This document shows, in pieces, positions 52,475-58,919 of a DNA stretch of 64,000 bases; the first letter of the stretch is position 1, and every line of letters begins with the position of its first letter. A program made the translations under genes and the position numbers. A model generated the notes under the pieces. That model saw nothing but the letters and a program-made list of their open reading frames with translations, searched no databases and was not told the origin of the DNA. The stretch is from an uncultured Sphingomonadaceae bacterium (lineage in GTDB: Bacteria > Pseudomonadota > Alphaproteobacteria > Sphingomonadales > Sphingomonadaceae): the NCBI GenBank assembly GCA_937873035.1, contig CALMVA010000083.1, positions 18,884 to 82,883 of the forward strand, read 5' to 3'.

Positions 52475-52928
52475 TGATAATCAACTCCTGCGGCGCCCGC
52501 CGCGACAAATTGGTGCGGATGCGACCCAACATCCGCAAAAGCTCCGCGCGCTCGGCCTCATCAAGCCCGGACATCGCATCCTCGAACAGCCCAACCGCGA
52601 GCGGACGCATATCATCAAGCAGCGCGCGCGCCTTGTCCGTCAGGTAGAGCCGCCATGCGCGCCGGTCAGCCGGATCGGCGCGGCGCTCTACAAGATCGGC
52701 CTCCTGAAGCCGGTCCGCCATGCGGCACAGCGTGATCGGCTCCACTTCAATCAGTTCGGCAAGTCCGCCCTGATTGATGCCCTCATGCCGCCGCAACGTG
52801 GACAAGACACGCCATTGTGGCCGCGAAATGCCCATATTGCGGGCACGCTCATCAAAAGCGCGCCGCATGAGATGCGAGACATCTGTCACCATCGTGCCGA
52901 GATTGTCGTGATCGTTCATGCAGTCCAC
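52467..52928 (-). CDS. MarR family regulator
   Basis: QWRVL…GINQGGLAELIEVEPITL…ERRADPADRRAW. Confidence 0.92.
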   Translation of the reverse strand: MDCMNDHDNLGTMVTDVSHLMRRAFDERARNMGISRPQWRVLSTLRRHEGINQGGLAELIEVEPITLCRMADRLQEADLVERRADPADRRAWRLYLTDKARALLDDMRPLAVGLFEDAMSGLDEAERAELLRMLGRIRTNLSRRAPQELIING

Positions 52929-52976
52929 ATAATAGCAGTGCTTATTATCGTCAAGCTTAAGAGCGCCACGGCCCGC

Positions 52977-52990
52977 TTGATCCCTGTCAA
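52977..52990 (+). promoter_or_regulatory. FNR/FixK-type box
   Basis: TTGAT-CCCT-GTCAA (one mismatch to TTGAT-N4-ATCAA), centred 67.5 bp upstream of ATG 53051. Confidence 0.6.
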
Positions 52991-53050
52991 TGCGCCGACT
53001 TGGACTTGGGTGTATGGGAAGGCATCACCCCTTCTCTACGGAGTCGCCCG

Positions 53051-53452
53051 ATGCTGACCGTCCAGACCGATCCCGATATTGGCTATCTCGAACTGACGGT
53101 CGATGGCCGCATCGACAAGGCGCATTTCGAACAGGCTGTCGAAGCGATCGACGCCCTGCTTAAAACGCACCGCAAGATCGACGTGGTCGAGATTGTGCGC
53201 GATCTTGGCTGGGTGGAGCCGGAAGTCTGGTGGAAGGACATTGTCTTTCACCTCACCCACGGCAATTTCATGCGCCACGCAGCCGTTGTTTCCGACAATG
53301 GGTTGATTGGCCCCCTCACCCGGATGTTCGCACCGCTTTACCCCGCCGCAATCCGCACCTTCCGGCTTGATGAGCTTGAAGACGCGCGGCGCTGGGCGAA
53401 AGCCCATGCCAAGCCCGGCGAAGGTGATGGCCCGCCGCTCGATTTCGCCTAA
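53051..53452 (+). CDS. STAS/SEC14 (SpoIIAA-like) domain protein
   Basis: LELTVDGRID…RHAAVVSD…IRTFRLDELEDARRW. Confidence 0.8.
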   Translation: MLTVQTDPDIGYLELTVDGRIDKAHFEQAVEAIDALLKTHRKIDVVEIVRDLGWVEPEVWWKDIVFHLTHGNFMRHAAVVSDNGLIGPLTRMFAPLYPAAIRTFRLDELEDARRWAKAHAKPGEGDGPPLDFA

Positions 53453-53490
53453 CTCTCCCCTTTGGAATACCCTCCCCTTTGAAATGGAAA

Positions 53491-53551
53491 ACGGGCGGCG
53501 CCCTCTGGGGGTGGAGCGCCGCCCGTGTTTCGGAAGGCGAACCCTTCCGAA
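53491..53551. terminator. Double hairpin between convergent genes
   Basis: 11-bp stem 53491-501/53516-26 with TTTT after it on the minus strand; 9-bp stem 53529-37/53543-51. Confidence 0.65.
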
Positions 53552-53578
53552 CCCGGAAATTTCGTCAGTGCGCGCCCG

Positions 53579-53908
53579 TCAATGCGCCTCCGCCTTGCTG
53601 GCGCAACCGATGCACTGAGCAGCTTCGGGCATCGCCGCCAGCCGCCCCGCCGCAATCGGCATCCCGCAGGTGACGCAATCGCCCCATGTGCCCGCCTCGA
53701 TGCGGGCAAGCGCACCGCGCACCGCCCTGATCTCATGCGCAACCAGGGCATCCTGCCCTTCCAACGCCTCATCGCCTTCCCGCTCGACAGCGGCCTCTTC
53801 AGAATCCGCAGAGTGCGGCGCGGCAAGATCAGCCTCGATCTTGCGCGCGCGCCCCTGCAATTCGGCAAGCTGCGCCTCAAGCTGCGAACGAACCGAAAGC
53901 ACGTCCAT
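53579..53908 (-). CDS. TraR/DksA C4-type zinc-finger protein
   Basis: Coiled coil with DSEEAA tip; CVTC…RLAAMPEAAQCIGC. Confidence 0.9.
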   Translation of the reverse strand: MDVLSVRSQLEAQLAELQGRARKIEADLAAPHSADSEEAAVEREGDEALEGQDALVAHEIRAVRGALARIEAGTWGDCVTCGMPIAAGRLAAMPEAAQCIGCASKAEAH

Positions 53909-54156
53909 CAGGCTGCCTTTGCCGCGCTCACCAGCGTGGAGATTTCGTCCAGCAACTGGAGCCGCTGCTTCTTGAGCGCCTCTGCCCGTTCATCCGAAGC
54001 GGCTTCCACCTCGGCTTCAATGCGGTGAATTTCACGATTCACATCGTGATAGCGGTCAGAAAGCGTCACAAAATGCGCGTTGTTGAGCTTGAGTGCGTGC
54101 AAAACATCGTGCGCATCGGGAAATTCGTCATGCAATTCGTGGGGTGTATGGCTCAC
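53908..54156 (-). CDS. DUF465/YdcH family protein
   Basis: HELHDEFP…HFVTLSDRYHDVNREI…LKKQRLQLLDEI. Confidence 0.85.
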   Translation of the reverse strand: MSHTPHELHDEFPDAHDVLHALKLNNAHFVTLSDRYHDVNREIHRIEAEVEAASDERAEALKKQRLQLLDEISTLVSAAKAA

Positions 54157-54275
54157 TTATTCTTTCCTTCATCATGCATTGCATCCGTCACCGAGCACAG
54201 CAGCAAGGTGACGGCAAACGCCACCGCGACGCACATCGCGCCGAGCACATAGGGTTGCATCAGATAGGGCGACAT
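54153..54275 (-). CDS. 40-aa single-TM small protein MSPYLMQPYVLGAMCVAVAFAVTLLLCSVTDAMHDEGKNK
   Basis: Strong RBS AGGAGGAG; its TGA overlaps the GTG of the DUF465 gene; absent from the ORF track. Confidence 0.65.
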   Translation of the reverse strand: MSPYLMQPYVLGAMCVAVAFAVTLLLCSVTDAMHDEGKNK

Positions 54276-54333
54276 ACAGTTTCTCCTCCTGTTCAAGTCC
54301 GCTCCCTGATGCGCCCGCGCGCGCCATCATTCC

Positions 54334-54347
54334 TTGATTTGCGTCAA
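54334..54347 (-). promoter_or_regulatory. FNR/FixK-type box
   Basis: Minus strand TTGAC-GCAA-ATCAA, centred 65.5 bp upstream of ATG 54275. Confidence 0.6.
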
Positions 54348-54633
54348 AGACTTGGCAGATGCGGAAAATGGCGGCGCGCTCAAAAGCCGCATCAAAATGC
54401 GGGCCGGAAAACGCCCTGAAAAACGGGGAGACGCGGGCGACCCTCCACGCCTCCCCACACGATGCCCGATCCTCGCCAAATGGAGGCGCATGGCGCGACC
54501 CCGGCATCGTCTGAAACCTGCTTCCACGACGCAGGCGCAGCCACATGATGTCGGATTCATACAATGGAGGCAAGCCTGATTTCGCATCGCGCCGCGCGCC
54601 GCAAATAGACCCCCACAAAACCCCCGCCCAGGC

Positions 54634-54680
54634 TGGAAGTGGAGGAAGTTGAGGCCACACACTCCCGGAAATCCGTGCCC
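54634..54680. repeat. Dispersed 47-bp motif, copy 2
   Basis: Identical 23-bp and 17-bp blocks to 17530-17576 with a different 7-bp spacer. Confidence 0.85.
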
Positions 54681-54851
54681 CATGCCCCACCAGACAGTGC
54701 CCGGCCACGCCCTGCGACAAGGCTTGCCAAGCACAGGCACAGGCACACGCCCCAGCCCCCAAAAGAAAACCAACGACAAGGCGAAAAAGATGAGGCGTGC
54801 TGTCCATGCCAAGCATGGAGCAAAGCAAACCCTATTTTACAAGGCGGGGGG

Positions 54852-55031
54852 TTATCGCAGCTTGGCGATGGTCAGGCCGTCTTGCTTGGCGCGATCCTTG
54901 ATGCTTTCTTCGCTGCGGGTCAGCGCCTTGGCCATTTGCTTGAGCGGCATCCCCTTTTTGGCAAGCGTGTGCAGCTTCTGGATTTCAGCGGAGGTCCAGG
55001 GCTGGCGGTGGCGTTCGAAGCGTTCGGCCAT
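54852..55031 (-). CDS. Conserved 59-aa hypothetical protein
   Basis: MAERFERHRQPWTSAEIQKLHTLAKKGM…LTRSEESIKDRAK; 11 bp downstream of lepA. Confidence 0.7.
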   Translation of the reverse strand: MAERFERHRQPWTSAEIQKLHTLAKKGMPLKQMAKALTRSEESIKDRAKQDGLTIAKLR

Positions 55032-55042
55032 GGTTGCCTGCC

Positions 55043-56866
55043 TTATTCCTCGCCCATGCGCAGCGCGGCGATGAAGGCTTCCTGCGGGATCTGCACCGAA
55101 CCATATTCGCGCATCCGCTTTTTGCCTTCCTTCTGCTTTTCCAGAAGCTTGCGCTTGCGGGTGGCATCGCCGCCATAGCATTTGGCGGTCACGTCCTTGC
55201 GCAGCGCTGCGATCGTCTCACGCGCAATGACCTTGCCGCCAATCGCCGCCTGAATGGGGATCTTGAACAGGTGGCGCGGGATGAGGTCTTTCAGACGCTC
55301 GCACATACCGCGACCGCGCGATTCCGCAGTGCCGCGATGCACGATCATCGAAAGCGCATCGACCGGCTCGTTGTTCACAAGGATGCTCATCTTCACCAGA
55401 TCCCCCGCGCGGTGGCCGATCTGATGATAATCAAAGCTCGCATAGCCACGGCTGATGCTCTTCAAGCGATCATAAAAGTCGAACACGACTTCGTTCAGCG
55501 GCAGCTCATAGGTTACCTGCGCGCGACCGCCGACATAGGTGAGATTCTTCTGGATGCCGCGCCGGTCCTGACACAGTTTGAGGATAGAACCGAGATATTC
55601 ATCGGGCACATAGATCGTCGCTTCGATCCACGGCTCCTCGATTTCGGCGATCCGATTGGGGTCGGGCATATCTGCCGGATTGTGCAGCTCGATCTCGCGG
55701 CCTTCATCCTCGCCCGCCGCCTTGGTAAGCTGAAGCTTGTAAACCACCGACGGCGCGGTCGTGATGAGATCAAGATCATATTCGCGCGTCAGCCGCTCCT
55801 GAATAATCTCAAGGTGGAGCAGGCCCAGGAACCCGCAGCGGAAGCCGAAGCCAAGCGCCGCGCTCGTTTCCATTTCAAAACTGAAGCTCGCATCGTTCAG
55901 GCGCAGCTTGGAAATGCTTTCGCGCAGCTTTTCAAAGTCATTGGCGTCCACGGGAAAGAGGCCGCAGAACACCACGGGCTGAACTTCCTTGAAGCCGGCA
56001 AGCGGCGCATCGGCCGGCTTTTTGGCATCGGTGATGGTGTCGCCCACGCGCGCCTGACTGACATCCTTGATCTGCGCGGTGATGAAGCCAACTTCACCGG
56101 GGCCAAGGTCTGCCAGATTTTCAATCTTGGGGCGCATACAGCCGACGCGATCCACAAGATGCGTGGTGCCTGCCTGCATGAACTTGATCTGCTGGCCCTT
56201 TTTCAGCGTGCCATCCATGATCCGCACAAGAATGACGACGCCGAGATAGGGGTCATACCAGCTATCGACGAGCATCGCCTTCAACGGCGCATCGGCATTG
56301 CCCTTGGGCGGCGGGATGCGCGTGACGATGGCTTCCAGCACATCATCAATGCCGATGCCCGATTTGGCACTGGTGAGCACCGCATTATCGGCGGGCAGGC
56401 CGATGATTTCCTCAATCTCGCCCTTCACCTTTTCCACTTCGGCGGCGGGCAGATCAATCTTGTTGATGACGGGCACGATCTCATGATCATGCTCGATCGA
56501 CTGATAGACGTTCGCCAGCGTCTGCGCTTCCACGCCCTGCGCTGCATCAACGACAAGCAGCGCGCCTTCGCACGCGGCAAGGCTGCGCGAGACTTCATAG
56601 GCAAAGTCCACATGGCCCGGCGTGTCCATCAGGTTGAGCGTATAGGTTTTGCCGTCCTTCGCGGTGTAATCAAGACGCACCGTCTGCGCCTTGATGGTGA
56701 TGCCGCGCTCCTTCTCGATGTCCATATTGTCGAGCACCTGCGCGGTCATCTCGCGGTCAGAAAGCCCGCCGGTGCGCTGGATCAGCCGGTCAGCCAGCGT
56801 CGACTTGCCATGGTCGATATGGGCAATGATGGAAAAGTTGCGGATAAGATCAAGCGAGGTGGACAT
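55043..56866 (-). CDS. lepA: Elongation factor 4
   Basis: [63 protein letters not shown]. Confidence 0.98.
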   Translation of the reverse strand: MSTSLDLIRNFSIIAHIDHGKSTLADRLIQRTGGLSDREMTAQVLDNMDIEKERGITIKAQTVRLDYTAKDGKTYTLNLMDTPGHVDFAYEVSRSLAACEGALLVVDAAQGVEAQTLANVYQSIEHDHEIVPVINKIDLPAAEVEKVKGEIEEIIGLPADNAVLTSAKSGIGIDDVLEAIVTRIPPPKGNADAPLKAMLVDSWYDPYLGVVILVRIMDGTLKKGQQIKFMQAGTTHLVDRVGCMRPKIENLADLGPGEVGFITAQIKDVSQARVGDTITDAKKPADAPLAGFKEVQPVVFCGLFPVDANDFEKLRESISKLRLNDASFSFEMETSAALGFGFRCGFLGLLHLEIIQERLTREYDLDLITTAPSVVYKLQLTKAAGEDEGREIELHNPADMPDPNRIAEIEEPWIEATIYVPDEYLGSILKLCQDRRGIQKNLTYVGGRAQVTYELPLNEVVFDFYDRLKSISRGYASFDYHQIGHRAGDLVKMSILVNNEPVDALSMIVHRGTAESRGRGMCERLKDLIPRHLFKIPIQAAIGGKVIARETIAALRKDVTAKCYGGDATRKRKLLEKQKEGKKRMREYGSVQIPQEAFIAALRMGEE

Positions 56867-57082
56867 GGCCCGCGCCCTAGCAGTGCTTGGCCCAAAGGGC
56901 AAAGGGGCCGATTTCATCCAAGACGCCGCTGCTGATGCGGGCTAGTTGATCGCGCATAAGGCGGTGACAATATCTTGATCTTTCTGTTAGAAAAGTCACA
57001 GCACCGGGTCGCACCGTGAAGATGCTGGGCGATGGCGCAAAAGCGCCACGGCAGCGTGAATTTAACCAGGGGACACACGTTG

Positions 57083-57868
57083 ATGCGTACATATATTTCC
57101 GCGCTCGCCGCTGCCGCGATGATCCTTCCGGCGATGGCTGCAACGCCTGCTTGGGCCAAGCCGGAATCCGAAGACAAATCATCGGCCAAAAAGGCGCAGG
57201 ACAAGGGCGTCGCTGACATTCCGATGTGCACCAAAAAGCTTGGCACAATCGCCATTTCAGAGCCGGAAACCAAATGGTGGACGCAGCTTGGCCTTTCCAA
57301 CCCGGAAGCCATCATCAAATTCTTCGTCATGAAGTCGGGCTGCTTCGGGCTGGTGGATCGCGGCGGCGGCCTTGCCGCGCGCGCGGTGGAGCGTGCGCTG
57401 GGGGATTCAGGTGAACTTCAGCGCAATTCCAACATCGGCAAGCGTCAGGTGAAGGCGGCGGACTATGTCGTCATCCCCGATATTGTCACGACCAACTCAA
57501 ATTCCGGCGGCGGCGGCATTGCCGGTGGCATCGGCGGAATGTTGGGCGGGCGGATGTTCGGCGGCCTGTTGGGCGGGCTGAAAGTCTCCAAGAAGGAGGC
57601 CAATGTCACGCTCTCGCTCGTCAATGTGCGCACGACCGAAATCGAATCGCTGTCCGAAGGCTATTACCGCAAGAAGGACATCAGCTGGGGCGCCGGCGGC
57701 GGCGCATGGTGGGGCGGCGGCCTCGCAGCAGCTGGCGGCGGCGGCTACCAGAATTCCGAGATCGGGCAAGTCATCGTGCTCGCCTATCTTGATGCCTATA
57801 AGAAGATGGTCGGCCTGTTGGGCGGCCTCCCCGACAACGCCAGCGACGCGGCGCCGAAGGCGGAGTAG
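57083..57868 (+). CDS. CsgG/HfaB-family secreted protein
   Basis: Signal peptide, CFGLVDRG…ER…GELQ…GKRQVKAADYVVIPDI, Gly-rich segments. Confidence 0.7.
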   Translation: MRTYISALAAAAMILPAMAATPAWAKPESEDKSSAKKAQDKGVADIPMCTKKLGTIAISEPETKWWTQLGLSNPEAIIKFFVMKSGCFGLVDRGGGLAARAVERALGDSGELQRNSNIGKRQVKAADYVVIPDIVTTNSNSGGGGIAGGIGGMLGGRMFGGLLGGLKVSKKEANVTLSLVNVRTTEIESLSEGYYRKKDISWGAGGGAWWGGGLAAAGGGGYQNSEIGQVIVLAYLDAYKKMVGLLGGLPDNASDAAPKAE

Positions 57869-57886
57869 CTGAATACGCCACGACCC

Positions 57887-57936
57887 CACCCTTCACACGG
57901 GTGGGGTCGCAGGTTCAATCCCTGCCGCGCCCACCA
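57887..57936 (+). pseudogene. 3' half of tRNA-Val(CAC), att-site-like
   Basis: CACCC-TTCACAC-GGGTG anticodon arm, GCAGG-TTCAATC-CCTGC T-arm, CGCGCCC-A-CCA; no D-arm or GGGCGCG 5' strand upstream. Confidence 0.88.
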
Positions 57937-57939
57937 TCT

Positions 57940-58016
57940 TTTCAAGGACTTAGGTCCGATAAGATGAGTGCCATTCCAGCGGGAAAATGAAAAAGGGGTC
58001 TTTTCAGGGGTCTTTT
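57940..58016 (+). promoter_or_regulatory. Putative integrase arm region: IHF-like site plus direct repeat
   Basis: TTTCAAGGACTTA (57940-52; cf. WATCAANNNNTTR) and GGGGTCTTTT twice (57995-58004, 58007-16). Confidence 0.55.
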
Positions 58017-58073
58017 GGAGACACCTAACCCCTTCATTTCGTGCAATTTCAAATTCAGACCCTGCATGAACCG

Positions 58074-58286
58074 ACGCCCCTCGCGAGGCGCTGGACGGTT
58101 TCTGTTGCCTCCCGAACACCGTTGGCCGATAAGCCCAAGTGGAGCCGCCACGCACGGCTCTGGGGCGTAGTAACCCCGAAGATGAACGGTTGATGCTGAC
58201 CGCAACAGCGTCACACTCCTTGACCCTATGGTCGGGAGGCCTGTGGCGTATGCAACAGGTTCACCCGAACTAAAGGCCACAGGGCC
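58074..58286. ncRNA. Multi-hairpin non-coding region, unknown class
   Basis: Stems 58107-15/58232-40, 58118-23/58185-90, 58142-47/58155-60, 58191-98/58206-13 and 58238-47/58276-86. Confidence 0.45.
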
Positions 58287-58380
58287 AATCTAGGTTGGTG
58301 TACTAACTCCCCGATCGCCAAGGGATCAGATGTGAAGCCATGCGGGGGCGCACCGCACCGGCTTCGCGGGGAGAAGCGGA

Positions 58381-58665
58381 ATGCCCAGAGGCACCCGCCA
58401 CACGCTCACCGGAACGCTCGGCTGGGACGAACGCAACTATATCCATGTCCTGAACATGGATGGCGGCGGCTATTGGTTTGTCGATATGCCGGGCCGAACG
58501 AACCACCTGATAGGCCGCAAGGTGACAGTGCAAGGGGTGCGGTCCGACTTCAATATGCTCGGCGTTGAGCGCCTTCTCGCAATTGATGGCGCATCAGTGA
58601 GATCGCGCCGCAAGGCGGTCCTGATGCTTATAATTGCCCGATTAGGCTTGGTTTCATCCTGTTAA
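58381..58665 (+). CDS. DUF5818-like small protein
   Basis: MPRGTRH…DGGGYWFVD…IGRKVTVQGVRSDFNMLGVER resembles this family as recalled. Confidence 0.6.
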   Translation: MPRGTRHTLTGTLGWDERNYIHVLNMDGGGYWFVDMPGRTNHLIGRKVTVQGVRSDFNMLGVERLLAIDGASVRSRRKAVLMLIIARLGLVSSC

Positions 58666-58812
58666 ATCTCTGTTAGCAGGATTAGCAGGAATTGCCGCGA
58701 CGACGATCCATCATAGTGCCAACGCGGTCGCTATGTCGGCACTTCATCCGCTCACGGGCGTCCACAATCTCTTACGCTGATGACTTGCAAGCGTCGGCGC
58801 GCCAATGCTATT

Positions 58813-58827
58813 GTTCTTTTTTTGTTC
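58813..58827 (+). promoter_or_regulatory. Alphaproteobacterial LexA box overlapping the helicase-operon promoter
   Basis: Exact GTTC-TTTTTTT-GTTC; TTGCAA (58785-90) and CTATTG/TATTGT (58808-14) form the candidate promoter. Confidence 0.7.
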
Positions 58828-58919
58828 GTATTGCGGGTGAATTTTGGTGAGACTGCACCCAAGTGGGTCGCAATCATCCAAAGTAATGCTATCGAAGTTT
58901 GAACACTAAGCGGGGGCAT

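Noticed and set aside
57859-57886. GGCGGAGTAGCT as the 5' half of an intact tRNA-Val
   Set aside because: It does not pair with the CGCGCCC acceptor strand, has no D-stem, and includes the stop codon of the upstream gene.
58142-58165. GAGCCG…CGGCTC as group II intron domain V
   Set aside because: The hairpin is far too short, and there are no other intron domains or reverse transcriptase.
57942-58280. 112-aa minus-strand ORF
   Set aside because: It overlies the arm repeats and hairpins, with no motif or RBS.
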